The notes below the pieces were generated by a model. That model had not been told where the DNA came from, made no database searches, and saw only the letters and a program-made list of their open reading frames with translations. A stretch of DNA of 55,648 nucleotides from Macrostomum lignano (lineage: Eukaryota), in contig NIVC01001538.1 of NCBI GenBank assembly GCA_002269645.1, positions 1 to 55,648 on the forward strand, read 5' to 3'. The position numbers and the translations under genes were made by a program. Positions 1-12,009 of the stretch are shown here, in pieces. Each line of letters starts with the position of its first letter. Position 1 is the first letter of the stretch.

Positions 1-591
1 CATTTGGTAATTTTTTATACAATTTTATATTTCTGTTAGGTGGTCCCCTAAAAACATTTTAAACACAAAATACATCCCTTGTTAAATATCCTACCCATTT
101 TCAATTTTTTACTTTTACGGAACTGTACGGACGCAGAATCAGAAGTGAAATATAGTATTATAAGATTAAATGTCTCATAGAAACACATAAAACTAGTTTT
201 TTATTTTTAAAAATTAGATACATATGGCAATAAATATTTTTTAAATTAATATTCGGCTGAATTTTGTTAAACTGCTGAAATTGTTTACTTCGCGCATGCT
301 TGTGTTCTGAAATACTCTCCTTTAATTGCGTTAATAATTAGTGCAGACCACATCTGTGAGTTAAAAAACTGTGTTCAACTTGCATAGAATTTTTCAATGA
401 GCAGAAAAGGCATTTTGTGATCCATTTTATATAACATCTTGACTTAACGTTTTTAGCTGTTGTCCAAAGTTCATTTACTTTTTACCATACCACAATAAAA
501 AGAATAAGCCTAAGCCTAGTAGGGTGTAACCGTATTTCATTCATCTATTAAGAAGAGTTTACGCTTACGCGGGCGTACGGAAGTGAGAAAA

Positions 592-1971
592 ATGTTCGAG
601 TTCTTAATTTACGCCTTCGGAATCACCATCTCTGGCTATCTGTTCTATGCCATAATTTTTTCCTCGACTTCCTTCAGTTGTCAGATACAGAATTAAAATG
701 GCAGTTTACTACCTGCACCTTTTTACTCATGGATTTTATCAACATTTCCAAGTTTGCTCAAACCAAAGGATCCAAGAAATTTTAGGTAAGTTCTTAGTAT
801 TTTTTTAAATTAAGAACGATATCCACCTTTTATCTTTTTACTAGGGTTTTTTGAGGCTCTATAGTTCCCCTTAGAATTTTAAATATTAAATATATTAAAA
901 TTGTAAGCAAAAATGGAACAGATGAGCCATGGCAATATTTTGTACATTTTGAATGTTTGAGCTAAAATGATGTTTTTTCAGAAAGAAACCTATATTAGAA
1001 AAGAATTTTTTATATATTTTCTTAGTTATTTATTTTTAAGATAATATAAGTTGTTTGGTCATAAACCAAAATATAAAGTCAAACTGCCATCACTACATAC
1101 ACCAGGTATCCCATGGTGCTAATGTGGTTCACCACTAGACTATTCGGCATTCGAGTTCAAGTTCTAGACAAGAATCGAATCCGCGACCTACCTGGAAATT
1201 TCGTAGTCATTTCCAATCATCAGTCCAGCTTGGACCTGATAGGCATCAGTCACGTTTGGCCCTCGCCATGCATTTTAGTGGCCAAGAAGTCCCTGCTCTT
1301 TGCTGGATGGTTTGGCCTCGCTGGCTGGCTGTGTGGCTGTGTGTTCGTCTCCCGAGGCCGCCAGTCCGCATCGCCGAGATGCGTCGCCTTGGCGACCGTC
1401 TGGCTAACGCCAGCAGCCGTTTTGCGCGTATGGATTTTCCCCGAAGGCACCCGACAGTCTGGCGGCGAATTTGGCGAGTTCAAGAAGGGCGCCTTCCATC
1501 TGGCGGTGCAGGCTCAGGTCAGTGCACTTCACAGCCCTGTTTCTTTTGCACTTTTAGCAATTAATTAACCAATCGACACAGCTGATGCGCCATATCTGAC
1601 AGATTTCTGACGCTCTTTCTGACAGATTTCTCGCGCTCTATTTGACAGATTTCTGGCGCACTTTCTGACAGCCCTATCTAACAATGACATTAATTTCGCA
1701 CTCATTTTTCACCACTGCAGGTCCCAGTCGTGCCCGTGGTCTTTTCGAGCTACTCAAATTTCTACTCGAAGCGTCAGCGCCGGTTCGACTCGCCCGGCCT
1801 GGTGCTGGCCAGGGTGCTCGAACCCGTGACCACCCAAGGCCTCACGGAGTCGGACGTGCCCGCCCTCAGCGAGCGAGTCCGGGCCGTCATGAGCCGCGAG
1901 TATGGGCCACTCAGCGAGGAGGCGGCCAAGTGGCGTCCGCGGCGGCTGATAATGAGATCAAAGCTGACTGA
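592..1971 (+). CDS. AGPAT1: 1-acyl-sn-glycerol-3-phosphate acyltransferase (LPAAT), 3 exons: ~592-785, 1106-1517, 1721-1971; contains several apparent single-base frameshifts
   Basis: Exon 2 encodes the acyltransferase motifs NHQSSLD and WIFPEGTR, plus [13 protein letters not shown]. It splices to [16 protein letters not shown]. Exon 1 ends [10 protein letters not shown](R). GT-AG junctions at 786/1105 and 1518/1720 keep phase. Frame changes are needed in exon 1, around 1365-1425 ([25 protein letters not shown]) and near 1930 (C-terminus ...[10 protein letters not shown]). Confidence 0.9.
1592..1675. repeat. Short intronic tandem repeat, ~22 bp unit (tctgacagatttct...)
   Basis: 3-4 imperfect copies of tctgacagatttct inside AGPAT intron 2. 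Confidence 0.7.
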
Positions 1972-1996
1972 GCAGGTCCCGCTGGCCTGGCTCTGC

Positions 1997-2682
1997 TCTC
2001 ACTCCTCCTCTCCCTCTCGTTCTCCACCTCTCCCCCTCCGATCTCCACCTCTCCCTCTCCTTCTCCACCTCTCCCTCTCCTTCTCCTCCTCTTCCTCCTT
2101 CTCCACCTCTCCCTCCTTCTCCACCTCTCCCTCCTTCTCCACCTCTTCCTCCTTCTCCACCTCTCCTCCTTCTCCACTCTCCCTCCTTCTCCACCTCTCC
2201 CTCCTTCTCACCTCTCCTCCTTCTCCCTCTCCTCCTTCTCCCCTCACCCTCTCCTTCTCCACCTTTCCTCCTCTCCACCTCTCCCTCTCCTTCTCCACCT
2301 CTCCCTCTCCTTCTCCACCTCTCCTTCTCCACCTCTCCCTCTCCTTCTCCACCTCTCCCTCTCCGATCTCCACCTCTCCCCCCTCCTTCTCTCCCTCTCC
2401 TTCTCCTCCTCTCCCTCTCCTTCTCCTCTCCCTCTCCTTCTCCACCTCTCCCTCCTTCTCCACCTCCCCCCCTCCGATCTCCACCTCTCCCTCTCCTTCT
2501 CCTCCTCTCGGCCTCTCCTTCTCCACCTCTCCCTCCCTCTCCCCCCTCCTTCTCTCCCTCTCCTTCTCCACCTCTCCCTCTCCTTCTCCACCTCTCCCTC
2601 CTTCTCCTCACCCCACCTCTCCTCCTCACTCAAACTCTCTCCCCCACTCCACCCTTCCCTCTCCCTCTTTCTCCCCTCTCAA
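1997..2682. repeat. Polypyrimidine (CT-rich) low-complexity minisatellite
   Basis: Near-continuous ctcc/ttctcc/acctctcc units immediately after the AGPAT stop codon. Confidence 0.95.
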
Positions 2683-3271
2683 CAGAAAAACCAGTGTTCA
2701 TTTAAAGTTCAGAATGGGGCCTTGATAACTTGTCCACCACTGAGGTATATAGTATACTGCATGCATCGCTTTATACTGTAAGTAGTCTATAACAAATATT
2801 GCTAAATACAGCTTTTTTAACTCGAAGGGAAATCAGTCTGCGATTTTTGTTATAATTTTTTGAATTGTTTTTGCGCTTCCAAAAAAATTTACCGAAGATA
2901 ATTGCTTTTTTATTTCACTACTTCAAGAGTCTCATTGCCAACTTTCCACTTGGTATATATCATTCAGGTCAAAGGTTTTTTGTTAAACAGATCCGCTAAA
3001 CATTGTGCTACATTCCGTGTCGCTTTTACTTTATTATTTTATTTCATTGTGTTTTTAACAATAGTTTCTTTTGTTGTTAAATTAATGACTATATTTTACA
3101 AACGCGCACACAAAAATTTTTTTCTGTTTACCAAATTCACATTTAAGGCTACTAACAATAACAATAATAATACAATAGAAATAAACCGACATTAAACAAT
3201 ATTTTCAAAAGATTTTTTAGAGTGCAGTAACAGATACAAATATTCGTTTGATTTTCGGATTTATTGTATCA

Positions 3272-3560
3272 CCCACAGCTCACTCCCTGTCCCTCAAGAA
3301 CACCCACCTCACTCCCTGCCCCTTAAGAACACCCACCTTACCCCCTGCCCCTCAAGAACAACCACCTCACTCCCTGCCCCTCAAAAACACCCACCTCACT
3401 CCCTGCCCCTTAAGAACACCCACCTCACCCCCTGCCCCTCAAGAACAACCACCTCACTCTCCGCCCCTCAAGAACACCCACGTCACTCCCTGCCTTTAAA
3501 GAATACCCACCTCACTCCCTTCCCCTCAACACCCACCTTACTCCCCGCTCCTCTAACCTT
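3272..3560. repeat. ~30 bp minisatellite (cacccacctcactccctgcccctcaagaa)
   Basis: About 9 imperfect tandem copies. Confidence 0.9.
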
Positions 3561-3765
3561 TAAACAGCTGTTCACGCAGATCGCATCTTAGAACGCGAGT
3601 CACAAATCTGTTTATTCACATCGACGAGGCCACAGAGATGGTGAAGCAGGACTCGCCACTCGAGGGCGTGTCCGACATCCGTGGCTGTTGCAGCGGATGA
3701 CGACTGTCGGCTGTGGATTCGAACTTGCGACCTTTGTTATTATTATTGTTATAAGCGATTTTACT

Positions 3766-4026
3766 ATGAATACTATTATAACGCCTGCTGTTGAAATCCG
3801 GAGCCCAGCCTCCAACGGTGACAGCAGCTGGCAGACGAACACCGAGCAGTGTTGACACGGTCTGCGTGTGCCTCGATACGAGAATCCTCGGAGGTGGCAG
3901 CGTCGGCAGAGGCTCCTTGTTGGTGTCGCCGTGGGCATAATCATCGCTGCTGCAGTTGCCGTTGGCATTTACTACAGATTTGTCATGACTGCTTTGGGTT
4001 CGGTTGAACAACTCGCAGACCGCTAG
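3766..4026 (+). pseudogene. Disrupted ORF with one hydrophobic transmembrane segment (type II-like), unknown product
   Basis: Frame from ATG 3766: MNTIITPAVEIRSPASNGDSSWQTNTEQC*HGLRVPRYENPRRWQRRQR-LLVGVAVGIIIAAAVAVGIYY-RFVMTALGS. A basic cluster is followed by a ~21-aa hydrophobic stretch, with one in-frame TGA. Confidence 0.4.
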
Positions 4027-4104
4027 GATGCAGGGCTGCTGGCCTGCTGAAAGAAACAACGTTGATGAGGCGGCTACACCAGAATCATTACCAAAGCTAC
4101 AACA

Positions 4105-5500
4105 ACAAAAACAACAACAACAACAAAAAATTTCGCATGCAGCCCCACATGCAAGGTCACTGCAGTTAGAGCACGCGTCAGATGGCAGTATAAAGCCGCA
4201 GAGCCTGAGAGCAGATGAAGTCCGCCCCGTTAGTAGTGTCAGGCACCCCGGCGTCACACAGGAGACAGTCTGCGTATCGATGAGTTTGGGCCTGACCCGT
4301 TGGAACTGGCCCTACAAGGTAAGCAACAGAACGTACAAGGATCAACTAACTGGTGGCCCGCCTGTTAAAGTCGCCAGTTGAAGAATGATGGACGGGCCCT
4401 GCAGCTTGGCCTGACCGTACAGGGCCTCGGTCCCGACGCTCTCGTCAGCTCAAAAAGCCGCACGGAGCTGCCCTGATCAGAGTTCGCCGAGTCCAACTGC
4501 CGCTCCAGCGTAGCCGTCAGCATCCACGTCTCGGCGTTGTATATAAGGACTACGGTTTCGACCACCGCCTGGCACAGCCGAGCCCTCTGGCGGTCGGGCA
4601 GCGCTTCGGACTGGAGGACGGCCCGGATCGAACGGAAGGCCGCCCAGGCAAGTTCGCCGCCGCCGGAGATGGCATCGCTGGCAACCGCTGGCATCGTGCG
4701 AGCTTGGTCGTCTGCACGTCAGGTCCGCTGTGATGTCGGTCGGCGCTCGATGCCACCTCGACCAGCCTGTCGATTTGACGCTGGGCGCCTTCAACGGACG
4801 AGGACAGGAGGGCGAGGTCGTCGGCGTAGCCAAAGAACGCTCTCAGGCGCTTTTTGCTGTGGCGGTGACCGATGCATCTGCGCAGCAGGAAGCCGTCGTC
4901 AGCCGAGGGGAGTGCGGTCCGAAGCACCCAGTCCAGCAGCAGCACGAAGAGGAACGGCGCAAGCGTGTCGCCCTGCAGAACTCCTGATGAAGTGTCGAAC
5001 AGGTCAGACCGGCCGTCCGCCGTCACCACAGCAGCTCGAGTATCGCAATACAGCGCCATGACAGCGTCGATTAGCTGCAGCGTGACCCCGTAGGCTCGAA
5101 GGACGAAGGAAGAGCGGCTCTCAACACCGAGTCAAACGCCTTTCGAAAGTCAACAAAGACAATGATCAGAGTAGACTGGCGGATGCGCGCCTCCTCGATG
5201 ACTCGGCGGAGTGCGAGAATGTGTCACTGCACCGCGTTGCGGCCGAAATCCGTTCTGCTCGTACCGCAAGTAGCTCGTACGGGTCCAGCACAGACTGCAG
5301 GCGATCGAGCAGCAGCCGGTTGAAGAGCTTCGCGATGCAGGACATCAGCGAGATCCCGCGGTGGTCTTCTTTCCACGTTGTCCCTGCCTTCTTCGGGATC
5401 GGCACTATGTGCGCGACGGTCCACTCCGTAGTAGTAGTGATGTTGGAATACTTCACTTCGCACTGGTCTCCAAGCGCGCCGACGAAGGCGCCCGTGAATT
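4105..5500 (-). mobile_element. 5'-truncated, frameshifted non-LTR retrotransposon (RTE-like reverse transcriptase fragment)
   Basis: Minus-strand motifs: WTVAHIVPIPKK, DHRGISLMSCIAKLFNRLLLDRL, VDFRKAFDS, LYCDTRAAV..GVLQGDTLAPFLF, YADDLAL and YNAETWMLT. A (TTG)n-type tail lies at 4101-4130 on the element strand. Confidence 0.9.
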
Positions 5501-5514
5501 GAATCAATAAACTC

Positions 5515-8500
5515 ATACATCAGAATCACAACCAAAGCTACATCAGAATCATTACCAAAACTACATCAGAATCATTACCAAAACTACATCAGAATCATTA
5601 CCAAAACTACATCAGAATCATTACCAAGCTACATCAGAATCATTACCAAAGCTACATCAGAATCATTACCAAACCTACATCAGAATCATTACCAAACCTA
5701 CATCAGAATAACAACCAAAGTTACATCAGAATCATTACCAAAACTACATCAGAATCATTACCAAAACTACATCAGAATCATTACCAAAACTACATCAGAA
5801 TCATTACCAAAGCTACATCAGAATCATTACCAAAACTACATCAGAATCATTACCAAAACTACATCAGAATCATTACCAAACCTACATCAGAATAACAACC
5901 AAAGTTACATCAGAATCATTACCAAAGCTACATCAGAATCATTACCAAAACTACATCAGAATCATTACCAAGCTACATCAGAATCATTACCAAAGCTACA
6001 TCAGAATCATTACCAAACCTACATCAGAATCATTACCAAACCTACATCAGAATAACAACCAAAGTTACATCAGAATCATTACCAAAACTACATCAGAATC
6101 ATTACCAAAACTACATCAGAATCATTACCAAAACTACATCAGAATCATTACCAAAGCTACATCAGAATCATTACCAAAACTACATCAGAATCATTACCAA
6201 AACTACATCAGAATCATTACCAAACCTACATCAGAATAACAACCAAAGTTACATCAGAATCATTACCAAAGCTACATCAGAATCATTACCAAAACTACAT
6301 CAGAATCATTACCAAAGCTATACATCAGAATCATTACCAAAACTACATCAGAATCATTATCAAAGCTACACCAAAATCACAACCGAAGCTACATCAGAAT
6401 CATTACCAAAACTACATCAGAATCATTACCAAAACTACATCAGAATCATTACCAAAACTACATCAGAATCATTACCAAAGCTACATCAGAATCATTACCA
6501 AAACTACATCAGAATCATTACCAAAGCTACATCAGAATCATTACCAAACCTACATCAGAATAACAACCAAAGTTACATCAGAATCATTACCAAAGCTACA
6601 TCAGAATCATTACCAAAACTACATCAGAATCATTACCAAAGCTATACATCAGAATCATTACCAAAACTACATCAGAATCATTACCAAAACTACATCAGAA
6701 TCATTACCGAAGCTACATCAGAATCATTACCAAAACTACATCAGAATCATTACCAAAACTACATCAGAATCATTACCAAAGCTACATCAGAATCATTACC
6801 AAAGTTAGAACAGAATCATTACCGAAACTACATCAGAATCATTACCAAAACTACATCAGAATCATTATCAAAGCTACACCAAAATCACAACCGAAGCTAC
6901 ATCAGAATCATTACCAAAACTACATCAGAATCATTACCAAAACTACATCAGAATCATTACCAAAGCTACATCAGAATCATTACCAAAGCTACATCAGAAT
7001 CATTACCAAAACTACATCAGAATCATTACCAAAGCTACATCAGAATCATTACCAAACCTACATCAGAATAACAACCAAAGTTACATCAGAAACATTACCA
7101 AAGCTACATCAGAATCATTACCAAAACTACATCAGAATCATTACCAAAACTACATCAGAATCATTACCAAAACTACATCAGAATCATTACCAAAGTTAGA
7201 ACAGAATCATTACCGAAACTACATCAGAATCATTACCAAAACTACATCAGAATCATTATCAAAGCTACACCAAAATCACAACCGAAGCTACATCAGAATC
7301 ATTACCAAAACTACATCAGAATCATTACCAAAACTACATCAGAATCATTACCAAAACTACATCAGAATCATTACCAAAGCTACATCAGAATCATTACCAA
7401 AACTACATCAGAATCATTACCAAAGCTACATCAGAATCATTACCAAACCTACATCAGAATAACAACCAAAGTTACATCAGAAACATTACCAAAGCTACAT
7501 CAGAATCATTACCAAAACTACATCAGAATCATTACCAAAACTACATCAGAATCATTACCAAAACTACATCAGAATCATTACCAAAGCTACAACAGAATCA
7601 TTACCAAAACTACATCAGAATCATTACCAAAGCTATACATCAGAATCATTATCAAAACTACATCAGAATCATTACCAAGCTACATCAGAATCATTACCAA
7701 AGCTACATCAGAATAACAACCAAAGTTACATCAGAATCATTACCAAAGCTACATCAGAATCATTACCAAAGTTACATCAGAATCATTACCAAAGCTACAT
7801 CAGAATCATTACCAAAACTACATCAGAATCATTACCAAAGCTATACATCAGAATCATTACCAAAACTACATCAGAATCATTACCAAAACTACATCAGAAT
7901 CATTACCGAAGCTACATCAGAATCATTACCAAAACTACATCAGAATCATTACCAAAACTACATCAGAATCATTACCAAAGCTACATCAGAATCATTACCA
8001 AAGTTAGAACAGAATCATTACCGAAACTACATCAGAATCATTACCAAAACTACATCAGAATCATTATCAAAGCTACACCAAAATCACAACCGAAGCTACA
8101 TCAGAATCATTACCAAAACTACATCAGAATCATTACCAAAACTACATCAGAATCATTACCAAAGCTACATCAGAATCATTACCAAAGCTACATCAGAATA
8201 ACAACCAAAGTTACATCAGAATCATTACCAAAGCTACATCAGAATCATTACCAAAGTTACATCAGAATCATTACCAAAGCTACATCAGAATCATTACCAA
8301 AACTACATCAGAATCATTACCAAAGCTATACATCAGAATCATTACCAAAACTACATCAGAATCATTACCAAAACTACATCAGAATCATTACCGAAGCTAC
8401 ATCAGAATCATTACCAAAACTACATCAGAATCATTACCAAAACTACATCAGAATCATTACCAAAGCTACATCAGAATCATTACCAAAGTTAGAACAGAAT

Positions 8501-9570
8501 CATTACCGAAACTACATCAGAATCATTACCAAAACTACATCAGAATCATTATCAAAGCTACACCAAAATCACAACCGAAGCTACATCAGAATCATTACCA
8601 AAACTACATCAGAATCATTACCAAAACTACATCAGAATCATTACCAAAGCTACATCAGAATCATTACCAAAGCTACATCAGAATCATTACCAAAACTACA
8701 TCAGAATCATTACCAAAGCTACATCAGAATCATTACCAAACCTACATCAGAATAACAACCAAAGTTACATCAGAAACATTACCAAAGCTACATCAGAATC
8801 ATTACCAAAACTACATCAGAATCATTACCAAAACTACATCAGAATCATTACCAAAACTACATCAGAATCATTACCAAAGTTAGAACAGAATCATTACCGA
8901 AACTACATCAGAATCATTACCAAAACTACATCAGAATCATTATCAAAGCTACACCAAAATCACAACCGAAGCTACATCAGAATCATTACCAAAACTACAT
9001 CAGAATCATTACCAAAACTACATCAGAATCATTACCAAAACTACATCAGAATCATTACCAAAGCTACATCAGAATCATTACCAAAACTACATCAGAATCA
9101 TTACCAAAGCTACATCAGAATCATTACCAAACCTACATCAGAATAACAACCAAAGTTACATCAGAAACATTACCAAAGCTACATCAGAATCATTACCAAA
9201 ACTACATCAGAATCATTACCAAAACTACATCAGAATCATTACCAAAACTACATCAGAATCATTACCAAAGCTACAACAGAATCATTACCAAAACTACATC
9301 AGAATCATTACCAAAGCTATACATCAGAATCATTATCAAAACTACATCAGAATCATTACCAAGCTACATCAGAATCATTACCAAAGCTACATCAGAATAA
9401 CAACCAAAGTTACATCAGAATCATTACCAAAGCTACATCAGAATCATTACCAAAGTTACATCAGAATCATTACCAAAGCTACATCAGAATCATTACCAAA
9501 ACTACATCAGAATCATTACCAAAGCTACATCAGAATCACTACCGAAGCTACACCAGAATCACTACCGAAT
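5515..9570. repeat. 23 bp tandem satellite (ctacatcagaatcattaccaaa[a/g]), roughly 175 copies, with higher-order variant blocks
   Basis: The 23 bp period is read directly. Variant units aataacaacc, agttagaacag and atcaaagctacaccaaaatcacaaccg recur in ordered blocks. Confidence 0.97.
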
Positions 9571-10189
9571 CTATATTCATCAGATACGAAAGGTCCAGAA
9601 ACGCAATGTACATTGTCGGAAACTTATGAACGCTCACCTGCAGAGCCAGTTTCTGAAATTGCTGCATCAACGCCCACATCAGCTGCTCCGGAACCGCTGT
9701 AATTATTAGTAACCATGGTTACAGACCGTGATGTTGGCTGTTAGTGACAAACAGTGCAAAAGCTCAGTGAGCTGCCCATTGTGCCATAAGTTTGTTTAAA
9801 AGAATTGTGACCTGCGCTCTCGCCAATATATAAGAAACCATGTGAGCCCCATCTGCATAGAAAATTCCGCTGCATTCACTTCAAACCGTGCGACTGCATT
9901 TTGATGGACAGGCAGTCACTCCGTAGATGCATTGTATTAAGACAATGGCAATAGTGCTATTGGCACAATTGAAGTGCTCGAATATTATTTAGTTATGAAA
10001 AAATGTTAAGAAATTATTGCTGTCAGTTTCGCCCGCATAGAGCATCGTTGCAGATGATACTGATATTTAAGGTCATGGTTTGTGTGAGAAATTCACCAAG
10101 AAATGTAATACTTCATTTTGAGCACGAATAAATGCACTTCTATATGACACTGTATGTCATGAGTACATGTATAGTACATGTAGCTCGTA

Positions 10190-10260
10190 GTAGCAGTAGT
10201 AGTATTAGTAGCAGCAGTAGAGTGTTAGTATTACTACATGTACAGCATTAGCAGTGTAGT

Positions 10261-10330
<70 letters not shown>

Positions 10331-10656
10331 CAGGGGCGTAGCCAGAGGGGGGGCAAGGGGGGCCGTGGCCCCCCAATCACCAACTCTGGCCTTGGCGCCT
10401 CCCCCCCCCCCCTATAAGAAACTGGCGCCCCCCCCTAAAAGAAACTGGCGCCCCCCCTAAAAGAAACTGGTGCCCCCGGCCCCTCCTAAAAGAAACTGGC
10501 GCCCCCCCCCTAAAAGAAACTGGCGCCCCCCCTATAAGAAACCGGCGCCCCCCTAAAAGAAACTGGCGCCCCCCCCTATAAGAAGCTGGCGCCCCCTAAC
10601 TCACGCCCCCCCCAATCAAAATTCCTGGCTACGCCCCTGGTAGTAGTAGTAGTAGT
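10190..10656. repeat. (AGT)n microsatellite, interrupted by a MITE
   Basis: agt repeats at 10190-10330 resume at 10640-10656. Confidence 0.9.
10331..10639. mobile_element. Non-autonomous hAT-like MITE (309 bp)
   Basis: 15 bp perfect TIR caggggcgtagccag / ctggctacgcccctg. The flanks gtagtagt on both sides fit an 8 bp TSD. Internal tandem units of aagaaactggcgcccccc. Confidence 0.85.
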
Positions 10657-11651
10657 GAAATAATAAGACGGAAGTCAAGCTGACATAATCTAGAGATGGA
10701 ATCTGTGTAATTATCGTCACAAAGATTTTATTTATTTTCAAATCCGGGACAGATCAAGCAATCGTGTGTAATAAAGTATCAAGAATACTCGAATGCAGTC
10801 AAATTTTTATCACAGCATCCTGTGTGTGAGTGATCGGAAATATTTTTGTTTGTTGTTGTTAAACGGGGGTGGGAGGCCGGGAGCTACCCGCGGATCAGCC
10901 CTGAGAGGGGCTCTGCCGCTGACGGGCACTACCAGGGGCATATAGCCCGAGATACCCGAGATTGGGCCATGACGTCGAAGCCAGGGGGAGCTGCCAACCC
11001 AAAACTATGGACTAAGACACCGCCAACCCAAAAGTGGAATCAGGGACGGTGCTAGGACCGAGTGCACCCGAGCCACCACCCAGCAGACAAGTCCCGGGAG
11101 TGCACGAAAAAAATTGGAAAAAAAATGTTTGGGATACTACTGAAAAGCAGTCCGAGAGCGGGGAAACCCCGAAGTCTCGGAAATGGCTCAATTTGGAGTG
11201 AGTCTGGAAGGCTTGTATCCGAGGGCGAGACTCCTATCAGGCCACCAGAAAGCCTATAGGGCTGCAAGCCACAATTGGGTGTATTGGAGGCAAGGCCAAG
11301 GGGTCGGCAAGGGGCACAAGGAGCAAGAGGACCCGGACTCAGCCGGTTTCCCCGATTCGGGACGAACATCAACCCCAGCACTCCAATCCACTGTCAGGAT
11401 GAGAGCCAAGACACAAGGGCAGGGAGACAACCAGAGGAGCCAGCAGATGGACCGGGCAGGGAGGGCAAAGCTCATAACTCCGGAATTTTGGAGCGGCATT
11501 CAAAGGCCTTACATTAAGATAAAAACACAAAGATAAAACACAAAGGGATAAAAACATTGGGAGGAGCGCCTGAACCCTAAACCCGGGACTCAGCCTCAGG
11601 GCTGACATGCTACTGGGCTCTACCGTACACCTTTGTGAACAGTTTATGGCC

Positions 11652-11744
11652 GCCCGTTAGCGGAGCCCATCCCACGCTAAAAATAGCCCGTTAGCGGGGT
11701 CCGCCCCACGGTGGGGTGGGCTCCCTTAGCGCGGGCCAGCCCAC
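11652..11744. repeat. ~95 bp hairpin-forming dispersed repeat, copy 1
   Basis: Internal inverted arms ggagcccatcccac / gtggggtgggctcc. A reverse-complement copy is at 22455-22551. Confidence 0.75.
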
Positions 11745-12009
11745 AATGGTTAGGATATGCCATTGCGGGGCTGTGGAGAAGCAGACGCCAGAACTTGACT
11801 CGCATTGGTTGTCAAGATACATGGCACTAATTCAAAATAGAAAAAAAACTTTTTTTTCGGCTCCATTGAGTGAGAACTAAATGCATTGACCTTGCCAGGG
11901 CGCTAAAATTGGCGCCCAAAGGCTGAAATTGGCGCCGGTATATTAAACTTGGCGCCCAGAAGTAGCAAGCTGATATATGCTGCCACTTCTACGCTCGTTG
12001 GCACATTCC

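Noticed and set aside
1730-2725. Long Ser/Pro/Leu- or Arg/Glu/Gly-rich ORFs over the CT tract
   Set aside because: They are translations of low-complexity DNA. Only the first ~65 codons belong to AGPAT exon 3.
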